This document shows positions 19,892 through 28,823 of a DNA stretch of 64,000 bases, in pieces. A program made the translations under genes and the position numbers. The stretch comes from an uncultured Roseobacteraceae bacterium. GTDB lineage: Bacteria > Pseudomonadota > Alphaproteobacteria > Rhodobacterales > Rhodobacteraceae. Under the pieces are notes generated by a model. The model ran no database searches and had not been told where the DNA came from. It worked only from the letters and a program-made list of their open reading frames with translations. The number at the start of each line of letters is the position of its first letter. Position 1 is the stretch's first letter. The DNA lies in NCBI GenBank assembly GCA_964021915.1, contig CAXHZK010000013.1:18-64017 (forward strand), in the 5' to 3' direction.

Positions 19892-20899
19892 ATGACCCAT
19901 CGCTTTCCGATCAAAGAAATCGCCCAACAATCCGGCCTAAGCACGGCGACAGTCGACAGGGTCATAAACGGACGTGCAAACGTAAGTCAGCAGACAAAAA
20001 CACGGGTCAGCACAGCGATCGAAGAATTGAAACTGCAAGAAGGCCAGCTCGCCGCGCGTGGCATGAGAATGTTCGTCGATTTCGTGGTTGAGGCCCCGCG
20101 GCGGTTTTCGTCAAAAATCCGCAACGCGGTTGAGCAGGTCATCCCCCACTTTTCCCCAGCAGTCATTCGCCCCAGATTCACGTTCCAAGAGGAAATGACC
20201 GAGGCCCAGACCATCGCGCATATTGACCGTATAATCGGGCGCGGCAGCAGCGGTGTTTTCCTCAAGGTGCGCGATCTACCCGCAATCCATGACGCTGTAA
20301 CCCGATTGCGCGACAAGAAAATTCCTGTGGTGACGATGTTTACCGATCTTCAGACCGAGCGGCTGGCCTATGTCGGTGCTGACAACTATCAAGCGGGCCA
20401 GACAGCGGCCTATTTGATGCTGCAATCATTGGGTGCCACAGCAAAAGGGCCGATCTTGATGATCAAAAGTCAGGACAGTTTCGCTGGCGAAGAACTGCGC
20501 GCCGCTGGGTTCAAGGCGACGATTGCGGGCCACGGACTGCGGCTGATGCATATTGCTGGCGCAAGCGGATTGACCACAAACACGGCAGTGCAAATAAAGG
20601 CTCGCGCTGTTGATTTCGGCCCTTTGGCTGGCGTTTACTCTATGGGCGGCGGTAATCGCGCGACGCTTGAAACCTTGGCGGCGGTCGGGTTGGAGGCTGG
20701 GGTGTTTGTTGGGCACGATCTGGATGAGGAAAACATTATCCTCTTGCGCGGTGGGCGGCTCCATTATGTGCTCGAGCATGATCTTTGTCAGGACTTGGAA
20801 ACCGGCTTTGCCCATGTTTGCCACGCGCATGGGCTCGGCCCTGCACCGACGAAAGGCACGTCTGTCATACAGGTCGTGACACCGTTCCAGCTGCCCTAA
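19892..20899 (+). CDS. LacI family transcriptional regulator
   Basis: IKEIAQQSGLSTATVDRVIN HTH plus periplasmic-binding-like domain (YVGADNYQAG). Confidence 0.92.
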   Translation: MTHRFPIKEIAQQSGLSTATVDRVINGRANVSQQTKTRVSTAIEELKLQEGQLAARGMRMFVDFVVEAPRRFSSKIRNAVEQVIPHFSPAVIRPRFTFQEEMTEAQTIAHIDRIIGRGSSGVFLKVRDLPAIHDAVTRLRDKKIPVVTMFTDLQTERLAYVGADNYQAGQTAAYLMLQSLGATAKGPILMIKSQDSFAGEELRAAGFKATIAGHGLRLMHIAGASGLTTNTAVQIKARAVDFGPLAGVYSMGGGNRATLETLAAVGLEAGVFVGHDLDEENIILLRGGRLHYVLEHDLCQDLETGFAHVCHAHGLGPAPTKGTSVIQVVTPFQLP

Positions 20900-20933
20900 A
20901 AATTTGATTGCTTTTTCGTATGAAATCGCCGAG

Positions 20934-20960
20934 CGTGAAAATTGAGTTAAAAATTTCACG
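20934..20960. promoter_or_regulatory. Palindromic operator candidate upstream of the XRE-cupin regulator
   Basis: CGTGAAA-N13-TTTCACG ending 8 nt before ATG 20969. Confidence 0.55.
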
Positions 20961-20968
20961 GACCGCAC

Positions 20969-21538
20969 ATGTTGCACACCCCACCTCATGAGATACGCAC
21001 ACTTGGCGCTGATCTTCGTGCCTTGCGCAAGGCGCGCGGCATGACGTTGGCGGGTGTTGCTGATGAGCTGGGAAAATCTGTAGGTTGGGTCAGTCAAGTC
21101 GAACGCGACCTGTCCGAACCATCAATCAGTGACCTAAGGCAGTTTGCACGTATGCTGGATGTATCCGTCAGCAGCCTGTTTCGCGTGGCCGCAGCCGCGG
21201 GCGAAGAGGGCTATATCGTCCGCGCCGATGCCCGCCGCCCAATTGGGTCGCGCGAAACAGGGCTGGTCGAGGAATTGCTATCCCCCGATCTGACCGATGA
21301 TTTTGAAATGGTGCACTCTACGTTTGCGGCCAATTCCAAAATGGGAGAGCCGATCAGCCGTCCAACCCAAGAAGTCGGATATATCATTTCAGGCGAGCTC
21401 GACCTTTGGATCGACAACACACTCTTTCACCTCAAATCGGGTGACAGCTTTCGTATTCGGGGCCAGCGCTACCGCTGGGAAAACCCGCATGACCTGCCAT
21501 GCATTGCAATCTGGGCCATCGCGCCCCCAGTGTATTGA
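20969..21538 (+). CDS. XRE-family HTH regulator with cupin domain (PuuR-like)
   Basis: LRALRKARGMTL..SQVERDLSEPS, EVGYIISGEL, YRWEN. Confidence 0.92.
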   Translation: MLHTPPHEIRTLGADLRALRKARGMTLAGVADELGKSVGWVSQVERDLSEPSISDLRQFARMLDVSVSSLFRVAAAAGEEGYIVRADARRPIGSRETGLVEELLSPDLTDDFEMVHSTFAANSKMGEPISRPTQEVGYIISGELDLWIDNTLFHLKSGDSFRIRGQRYRWENPHDLPCIAIWAIAPPVY

Positions 21539-21545
21539 GGTCATT

Positions 21546-21920
21546 ATGATCAACGGAAGCTGCAATTGCGGCGAAATCACATTCACTGCCAACAGCGTAT
21601 CGCGCGACCCAGCGGCCTGTCATTGCGGGCAATGCCGCAAACAATCTGGTCACTATTGGGCCTCCGTGCAAATTGACGATGATCAATTGCAGGTCACGGG
21701 CGACGTACGCTGGTATCAATCCAGTCTGTCCGCGCGGCGTGGATTTTGTGCAACGTGCGGGTCATTCCTGTTCTGGAAATCCGACGTCGACACCGACACC
21801 GGTGTCGCCCTTGGTGCATTGGATGGCGAAACAGACCTGCATCTGGAACGACATATCTTTACCGCCGACAAAGGCGACTATTACGACATCACCGACAGCG
21901 TTCGGCAAAGGGAGCAATAA
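21546..21920 (+). CDS. GFA family protein (glutathione-dependent formaldehyde-activating)
   Basis: GSCNCG, CHCGQCRK, RGFCATCGS. Confidence 0.93.
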   Translation: MINGSCNCGEITFTANSVSRDPAACHCGQCRKQSGHYWASVQIDDDQLQVTGDVRWYQSSLSARRGFCATCGSFLFWKSDVDTDTGVALGALDGETDLHLERHIFTADKGDYYDITDSVRQREQ

Positions 21921-21921
21921 C

Positions 21922-24384
21922 ATGAGCGATTTTCCAACCACGGCCCGTGTGGTCATCATCGGCGGCGGCGTTGTCGGCGTATCGACCCTTTACCACCTCG
22001 CCAAAGAAGGCTGGACTGATTGCGTGTTGCTCGAAAAGAACGAGCTGACAGCCGGCTCAACTTGGCACGCAGCGGGTAACTGCCCCAACTTTGCGCCAAA
22101 CTGGGCCGTAATGAACATGCAGCGGTATTCGCTCGAGATGTATCGCGGGTTGGCCGAAGAGGTTGACTACCCGATGAACTATCATGTGACGGGTGCACTC
22201 CGGCTGGGGCACACCAAAGAACGCCGCGAAGAGTTTGAAAAAGTCGCAAGCCAAGCCCAAGCGATGGGCCTTCCGCTCGAGATGATCAACATCGAAGAGA
22301 TGGCAAAGTTTAACCCCTTCGTTGAAACGCATGATCTGTCCGGCGTTCTATGGGATCCGCTTGATGGCGACATCGATCCAGCGCAGCTGACACAAGCGAT
22401 GGCAAAGGGCGCGCGCGATTTGGGCGCTCGTATTGAGCGTTTCTGCCCAGCCACGGGCGTTACCCAAGCCGAGAATGGTGAATGGATCGTTCATACAGAA
22501 AAAGGCGAAATCCGTTGCGAAAAAGTCGTGAACGCAGCAGGTTACTACGCCGCGCGTGTGGGTGACTGGTTCAAGCCATACGGCGGACGCGACGTGCCGT
22601 TGGTCGTCATGTCACACCAGTATTTCCTGACTGAGGAAATTGACGAGATCAAAGCATGGACAGAAGAAAACGGTAAGAAGACACCAATGATCCGCGATGT
22701 GGATTCGTCGTACTATCTGCGTCAGGATAAGAACGGGCTGAACTTGGGTCCATACGAGCGGAATTGTAAGGCGCACTGGGTCTCAAAAGAAGACCCAATG
22801 CCGCACGACTTTAGCTTCCAGCTTTATCCCGACGACCTTGACCGTCTTGAATGGTATATCGAGGACGCGATGGCACGTGTTCCAGTTTTGGGCACAGGCG
22901 GTGTTGGCCGTAACATCAACGGCCCAATCCCTTATGCACCTGATGGACTGCCAATGGTTGGCCCAATGCCGGGCGTGACAAACGCATATGAGGCACACTC
23001 ATTTACATTTGGCATTGTCCAAGGTGGCGGCGCAGGCAAGGCAATGGCCGAATGGATCATTCAGGGCCATACCGAAACCGATATGTGGGCCGTCGATCCG
23101 CGTCGCTATACCGACTACGCCGATCACGATTATTGTCTGCAAAAAGCATTGGAAACATATGGCCACGAATACGGCATGCATTTCCCGCACAAAGAATGGC
23201 CAGCAGGCCGTGATAAAAAGCTATCACCCGTTGATGCTCAGGTCCGTGCCCAAGGCGGTGTCATGGGTCCATATAACGGTTGGGAACGTGCCAATTGGTA
23301 TGCCAAAGACGGTGATGACACGTCAGTTGAAGCCACAGAAACATGGGGCCGGACAGGTCCATGGGAAATCCGTGTCAAGGAAGAGGCAGAGGCCGTGCGC
23401 GACGCTGCCGGTATCCTCGATCTGCCCGGTTTCAGCCGCTACCGTTTGCAAGGCGAGGGCGCGGCCCAATTCCTGCGTGACAATGTAACCGGTGGCATCC
23501 CCAAGATTGGCCGCATTGGCCTGATCTATTTTGCCGATGACAATGGCCGTATCCTGACAGAAATGTCCGCGATGCGTCTGGACGAAGATTTCTTCTTCCT
23601 GATCACGGCTGCCACCGCACAATGGCACGATTTTGAAGTGCTGCGTGACCGGACACCTGCCGACGCTGCGTTCACCCTTACCGATGTGACGACTGAATTT
23701 AGCTGTCAGATTTTGACAGGGCCAAAGTCGCGCGATGTCCTTGCTGATTGCTCCGACGCTGATTTATCGCTTGGGTGGCTTACACATCAGTCCGCCCAAA
23801 TTGACGGGACTTGGGTCCAGCTTGTGCGCGTATCATTCGCAGGTGAATTGGGTTGGGAAATTCACACCAAGGTCGACGATACGTCCAAGGTTTATGATGC
23901 GGTCATGGCCGCAGGTCAGGCACACGGCCTTAAACCGTTCGGCATGTATGCGCTCAACAGCTTGCGGATCGAAAAGGGATACCGCGCATGGAAGGGTGAT
24001 TTGTCCACTGACTATTCAATCCTGCAAGGCGGGTTAGAACGCTTTGTGAAGTGGGAAAAGGAATTCCCTGGCAAGGCTGCAATGCAGGCCGAAAAACAAG
24101 CAGGCGTGACCAAATCATTCGTCACACTGGTGTTTGACGATGTGCCCCCAGCAGATGCCCCGTATATGTCGCCGATCAAGCACAATGGCGTCGTCGTCGG
24201 TGAAACAACGTCGAGCACCTACGGTTACCGTGTCGAAAAAGCAATCGCTCTTGGCATGGCCAAAGCGGAGGCATCGACGCCCGGAACCAAGCTAACCGTT
24301 GATATCTATGGCACTGAGTATTCCGCCACCGTGCAAGAAGACGCGCCGCTGTGGGATCCCAAAAACGCTCGAATTCGCGCATAG
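21922..24384 (+). CDS. FAD-dependent oxidoreductase/GcvT fusion, dimethylglycine dehydrogenase-like
   Basis: GGGVVG, GSTWHAAG, INGPIPYAPDG, SFAGELGWEIH, LRIEKG. Confidence 0.9.
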   Translation: MSDFPTTARVVIIGGGVVGVSTLYHLAKEGWTDCVLLEKNELTAGSTWHAAGNCPNFAPNWAVMNMQRYSLEMYRGLAEEVDYPMNYHVTGALRLGHTKERREEFEKVASQAQAMGLPLEMINIEEMAKFNPFVETHDLSGVLWDPLDGDIDPAQLTQAMAKGARDLGARIERFCPATGVTQAENGEWIVHTEKGEIRCEKVVNAAGYYAARVGDWFKPYGGRDVPLVVMSHQYFLTEEIDEIKAWTEENGKKTPMIRDVDSSYYLRQDKNGLNLGPYERNCKAHWVSKEDPMPHDFSFQLYPDDLDRLEWYIEDAMARVPVLGTGGVGRNINGPIPYAPDGLPMVGPMPGVTNAYEAHSFTFGIVQGGGAGKAMAEWIIQGHTETDMWAVDPRRYTDYADHDYCLQKALETYGHEYGMHFPHKEWPAGRDKKLSPVDAQVRAQGGVMGPYNGWERANWYAKDGDDTSVEATETWGRTGPWEIRVKEEAEAVRDAAGILDLPGFSRYRLQGEGAAQFLRDNVTGGIPKIGRIGLIYFADDNGRILTEMSAMRLDEDFFFLITAATAQWHDFEVLRDRTPADAAFTLTDVTTEFSCQILTGPKSRDVLADCSDADLSLGWLTHQSAQIDGTWVQLVRVSFAGELGWEIHTKVDDTSKVYDAVMAAGQAHGLKPFGMYALNSLRIEKGYRAWKGDLSTDYSILQGGLERFVKWEKEFPGKAAMQAEKQAGVTKSFVTLVFDDVPPADAPYMSPIKHNGVVVGETTSSTYGYRVEKAIALGMAKAEASTPGTKLTVDIYGTEYSATVQEDAPLWDPKNARIRA

Positions 24385-24389
24385 GCACC

Positions 24390-25364
24390 ATGACAGACGC
24401 TCAAAACATGAATTCAAATACCCAGCTGCAGCAAATCGATATTGCTGCAGCTGATGATTTTGTGTTGACCGAATTGGCAGGCATTGTTGACGTTTTGCGG
24501 GTTGCAAATCGGGTCCGAGGCAGGCCGCTGTTCACATGGAAATATGTGTCGCTTCACGGTGGCCCGATCACGAGCAGCGGTGGCGCAAGCATTCAAACCG
24601 AAGCGTTTTCCAACCACCCAGAGGCCGCGTATTTATTCGCGCTTGGCAATGAAAATAGCGAAAATCCTGGCCTCGCGCTGGGCCCCGTGATCAACCGCTA
24701 CAGATCGCGTCAAACCCGCATCATATTGTTGTCAGAGGCCGCCAGCCGCCACATTGCAGACGGCAGTAGTGGCACTGAAAACTATACCACGCATTGGGAA
24801 AATAGGGCGGTCTTGCTCGAACAGCTTGGGCTTTTTGAAACTGGCGCGGCACTTGCGGTTGATGACGGTCAAATCGTGACGGCCGCGGGGATGGGTGCAA
24901 CTGTCGATGTAACGCTTTCGATCGTTGCCCCGCATCTTTCGGCGGCTGCAATGTCGACGGTCACGGACATTTTGCTTCACGAACGCATGCGCCATTTCAA
25001 CACGTTACAACCCTACGCCGGCAGGGCGGTTCTCAGCACCGGCGACGCAGATCTGGATGCTTGTATTAGTCTTATGCAAGAACACATCGAAGCCCCTTTG
25101 CCGATCGCAAAAATTGCGTCGCAGGCCAAAGTTTCCAAGCGTTCAATCGAGCGCAAATTTCAGAGTATTTTGCATACGACGCCAAATGGGTATTACCGCG
25201 AGTTGCGATTGTCGCAGGCGAATAATTTGTTATTGAACACGAGCATGTCGATCCAAGAAATTGGATTGGCGGTTGGTTTTTCAAGCGGCTTTTCCCGTGT
25301 GTATAAAACGGTCTTTGGCATGACGCCATTTGAAGCACGCCAAAAACCGCAACGAAATGAGTGA
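24390..25364 (+). CDS. GlxA-family AraC transcriptional regulator
   Basis: DVLRVANRV, YTTHWENR, C-terminal RSIERKF and IGLAVGFSSGFSRVYK. Confidence 0.88.
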   Translation: MTDAQNMNSNTQLQQIDIAAADDFVLTELAGIVDVLRVANRVRGRPLFTWKYVSLHGGPITSSGGASIQTEAFSNHPEAAYLFALGNENSENPGLALGPVINRYRSRQTRIILLSEAASRHIADGSSGTENYTTHWENRAVLLEQLGLFETGAALAVDDGQIVTAAGMGATVDVTLSIVAPHLSAAAMSTVTDILLHERMRHFNTLQPYAGRAVLSTGDADLDACISLMQEHIEAPLPIAKIASQAKVSKRSIERKFQSILHTTPNGYYRELRLSQANNLLLNTSMSIQEIGLAVGFSSGFSRVYKTVFGMTPFEARQKPQRNE

Positions 25365-25446
25365 GAATACGCCACGAGTGGCGCAAATTGAATACGGCGA
25401 ACCTGCTGGTCTTAGTAGGTTGGTCACAGAATGATCGAGGTTTTAC

Positions 25447-26313
25447 ATGGTCACGATTCTTGACGGCGGTATGGGCCAGGAATTGATTGCACGCGCTGGG
25501 CGGGCGACGGGGCTTTGGTCGGTTCAGGCTTTGCTGGATGAACCGTCGCTCGTGCGGCAGGTGCATGATGAATATTTTGCCGCTGGCGCGGATGTTGCCA
25601 CCACCAACAGTTATTCGGTTCTGCCCGATCGGTTGGAAAAACATGACCTGAACCATCGCTTGCAAGAGCTGGCGGTACTTGCATGTGAGCTTGCCTGCGC
25701 ATCGCGTGATGCGCACGGCTCTGGCCAAGTCGCGGGCTCGCTTGGGCCACAGGGGTTTTCATACCAACCCGATAAAGCTCCACCCGCTGAACAAGCTGCC
25801 GAAGTTTATGCCCGTTTGGCCCGTGTGCACGCGGATTTTGTCGATGTGCACGTGCTCGAAACAATGGCGTCTGTTGATCAAGCGCGCGGCGGATTGATGG
25901 GTGCTGGCGTCACAGGCAAACCTGTTTGGCTGGCTTTGTCAGTGGATGACGCAGACGGCACAAAGTTGCGTTCAGGTGAGGCCCTTTCGGATGCGCTGCC
26001 TCTCATCAATGAATTTGAACCAGCTGCCGTCTTTATCAACTGCTCTCTGCCAGAGGCCGTGACACAGGGGTTACCTGTGCTCTGCGGTCACGGTGTTCCA
26101 ATCGGCGCATATGCCAACGGCTTTACGGGTATTGCCGATAGTTTTGATCACATTGGCGCGACGGTAGATGTATTAAAGGCACGCACTGATCTCGCCCCTG
26201 ACCGCTACGCCGATTTCGCCCAGTCTTGGGTTGATGTCGGTGCCACCTTGATTGGCGGATGTTGTGAGGTTGGGCCTGCCCACATCGCAACACTTGCCTC
26301 CCGATTTAAATAA
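25447..26313 (+). CDS. Homocysteine S-methyltransferase family (betaine-homocysteine methyltransferase candidate)
   Basis: ILDGGMGQEL, INCS, GAYAN, GGCC Zn ligands. Confidence 0.92.
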   Translation: MVTILDGGMGQELIARAGRATGLWSVQALLDEPSLVRQVHDEYFAAGADVATTNSYSVLPDRLEKHDLNHRLQELAVLACELACASRDAHGSGQVAGSLGPQGFSYQPDKAPPAEQAAEVYARLARVHADFVDVHVLETMASVDQARGGLMGAGVTGKPVWLALSVDDADGTKLRSGEALSDALPLINEFEPAAVFINCSLPEAVTQGLPVLCGHGVPIGAYANGFTGIADSFDHIGATVDVLKARTDLAPDRYADFAQSWVDVGATLIGGCCEVGPAHIATLASRFK

Positions 26314-26322
26314 GGAAACCCC

Positions 26323-28767
26323 ATGGCCAATGTCCCTGAAAAAGCCCGTGTCGTCATCATCGGTGGCGGTGTTATCGGTTGTTCTGTTGCGTATCATCTT
26401 GCCAAACTCGGGTGGAAGGATGTTGTGCTGCTAGAGCGTAAACAGCTGACCTCAGGGACGACTTGGCATGCCGCTGGCCTGATTGCGCAGCTTCGCGCGA
26501 CAGCCAACATGACCAAGCTCGCGAAATATTCGCAAGAGCTTTATGGAAACCTTGAGGCCGAAACAGGCGTTGCCACGGGGTTTAAGCGTGTCGGTTCCAT
26601 TACCGCCGCGCTGACCGAAGAACGCAAAGAAGAGATATTCCGCCAAGCAGGGATGGCCCGTGCATTTGGTGTCGAGGTTGAGGAAATCAGCCCTGAAGAA
26701 GTGAAATCTCGGTATGAGCATCTCAACATCGACGGCGTCAAAGCTGGCGTTTATCTGCCGCTCGACGGGCAGGGCGATCCGGCGAATATCGCGCTCGCGC
26801 TGGCCAAAGGTGCTCGTCAAAATGGCGCGAAGGTCATTGAGCGGACTGCGGTCACGGCAATCAATCGCGATGGGCGGCGTGTGACCTCTGTGGATTGGAA
26901 TAACGGCACCGAGACGGGCACGATTGAGTGCGATATGATCGTCAATTGCGGCGGTATGTGGGGCCATGAGGTCGGGCGCATGGCGGGCGTGAATGTACCG
27001 CTGCATGCTTGCGAACACTTCTACATCGTGACCGAGGCGATTGAGGGCCTGTCGCAATTGCCTGTGCTGCGCGTGCCGGATGAATGTGCGTATTACAAAG
27101 AAGACGCAGGTAAGATTTTGCTGGGCGCGTTCGAGCCAAATGCAAAGCCATGGGCGATGGATGGTATCCCCAAGGATTTTGAATTTGACCAACTGCCCGA
27201 AGATTTCGACCACTTTGAACCGATCTTGGAAGCCGCTGTAAACAGATTGCCGATGCTGGCAGAAGCCGGAATCCACACATTCTTTAACGGTCCGGAATCG
27301 TTCACCCCTGATGATGCCTACCACCTCGGCCTTGCGCCCGAGATGGATAACGTCTGGGTCGCTGCTGGTTTCAATTCCATTGGCATCCAATCGGCTGGTG
27401 GAGCAGGGCAAGCGCTGGCGGCATGGATGGATGACGGCGAAAAGCCGTTTGATCTGGGTGACGTGGACATTAGCCGGATGCAACCGTTCCAAGGCAACAA
27501 ACACTACTTGTTTGAACGGTCCAAGGAAACGCTGGGCCTGCTGTATGCCGATCACTACCCATTCCGCCAAAAGGCAACGGCGCGCGGTGTGCGCCGCACG
27601 CCGTTCCATCAGCATCTGCTGGATGAAGGTGCTGTAATGGGCGAAATTGCGGGTTGGGAACGTGCCAACTGGTTCGCGAACAAGGGACAGACACCAGAGT
27701 ATGAATACTCTTGGAAACGGCAAAACTTCTTTGGCAATGTCGCGGCTGAACTAGAGGCAGTGCGGAGCAATGTTGGCATGTATGACATGTCATCGTTTGG
27801 CAAAATTCGCGTCGAAGGCCGCGATGCTGTAGCCTTTATGAACTACGTCGGTGGTGGCCAATATGACGTGCCTGTCGGCAAGATCGTTTATACACAATTC
27901 TTGAACAACCGCGCGGGTATCGAGGCAGATGTCACAGTGACACGTCTGTCAGAGACAGCATTTCTCGTTGTCACCCCAGCCGCAACAAGGCTTGCTGATC
28001 AGACTTGGATGGAGCGCAACAAAGGCGATTTCAACGTCGTCGTAACCGATGTGACCGCAGGTGAAGGTGTCTTGGCTGTGATGGGTCCAAATGCTCGCCA
28101 GCTTTTGCAAGCTGTCTCGCCTGCTGATTTTTCGAATGATCATAACCCGTTCGGAACGGCGCAGGAGATCGAGCTAGGCATGGGCATGGCGCGGGTTCAC
28201 CGCGTAACATATGTGGGCGAACTGGGCTGGGAAATCTATGTCAGCGCCGACATGGCCGCACATGCGTTTGAGACGCTGAACGCAGCCGGTCAAGACATGG
28301 GACTGAAGCTGTGTGGAATGCATATGATGGATGCGGGCCGTATCGAAAAAGGCTTCCGCCACTTTGGCCACGACATCACCTGCGAGGATCATGTGCTCGA
28401 GGCTGGTCTCGGATTCGCAGTCAAAACTGACAAACCTGATTTTATCGGGCGTGATGCCGTTCTGGCTAAGAAAGAGGCGGGTTTGTCTAAGCGCCTCGTA
28501 CAATTCAAACTGAATGATGCTGAACCGCTACTGTACCATAACGAACCGGTTATGCGGAACGGCGAAGTCGTCAGCTACCTCACATCTGGCGTGTATGGTC
28601 ACCACTTAGGTGCGGCTATGGGCATGGCCTATATCCCATGTGAGGGTGAAAGTGCCGCAGACGTACTGTCGTCGTCATATGAGATTGATGTGATGGGGGT
28701 GAAAGTCACCGCCGAGGCCAGTCTCAAGCCGTTCTATGACCCCAAGGGTGAACGGACCAAAGCATAG
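26323..28767 (+). CDS. FAD-dependent oxidoreductase/GcvT fusion, sarcosine dehydrogenase-like
   Basis: GGGVIG, SGTTWHAAG, NGPESFTPD, TYVGELGWE, RIEKG. Confidence 0.9.
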   Translation: MANVPEKARVVIIGGGVIGCSVAYHLAKLGWKDVVLLERKQLTSGTTWHAAGLIAQLRATANMTKLAKYSQELYGNLEAETGVATGFKRVGSITAALTEERKEEIFRQAGMARAFGVEVEEISPEEVKSRYEHLNIDGVKAGVYLPLDGQGDPANIALALAKGARQNGAKVIERTAVTAINRDGRRVTSVDWNNGTETGTIECDMIVNCGGMWGHEVGRMAGVNVPLHACEHFYIVTEAIEGLSQLPVLRVPDECAYYKEDAGKILLGAFEPNAKPWAMDGIPKDFEFDQLPEDFDHFEPILEAAVNRLPMLAEAGIHTFFNGPESFTPDDAYHLGLAPEMDNVWVAAGFNSIGIQSAGGAGQALAAWMDDGEKPFDLGDVDISRMQPFQGNKHYLFERSKETLGLLYADHYPFRQKATARGVRRTPFHQHLLDEGAVMGEIAGWERANWFANKGQTPEYEYSWKRQNFFGNVAAELEAVRSNVGMYDMSSFGKIRVEGRDAVAFMNYVGGGQYDVPVGKIVYTQFLNNRAGIEADVTVTRLSETAFLVVTPAATRLADQTWMERNKGDFNVVVTDVTAGEGVLAVMGPNARQLLQAVSPADFSNDHNPFGTAQEIELGMGMARVHRVTYVGELGWEIYVSADMAAHAFETLNAAGQDMGLKLCGMHMMDAGRIEKGFRHFGHDITCEDHVLEAGLGFAVKTDKPDFIGRDAVLAKKEAGLSKRLVQFKLNDAEPLLYHNEPVMRNGEVVSYLTSGVYGHHLGAAMGMAYIPCEGESAADVLSSSYEIDVMGVKVTAEASLKPFYDPKGERTKA

Positions 28768-28792
28768 GGCCACTAGGCAGCGCCATTGCAAG

Positions 28793-28819
28793 TTCGGGGG
28801 CATGAAGCATGCCCCCGAA
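28793..28819. terminator. 12-bp hairpin between convergent genes
   Basis: ttcgggggcatg-aag-catgcccccgaa; no clear T tract. Confidence 0.6.
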
Positions 28820-28823
28820 TGCA

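Noticed and set aside
26452-27723. 423-aa antisense ORF inside the GcvT-fusion gene (also 2300-3019, 3278-3832, 5634-6263, 15976-16758, 41498-42211 and 57257-57973)
   Set aside because: Shadow ORFs fully overlapping well-supported genes in GC-rich DNA; no motifs, RBS or protein-like composition.
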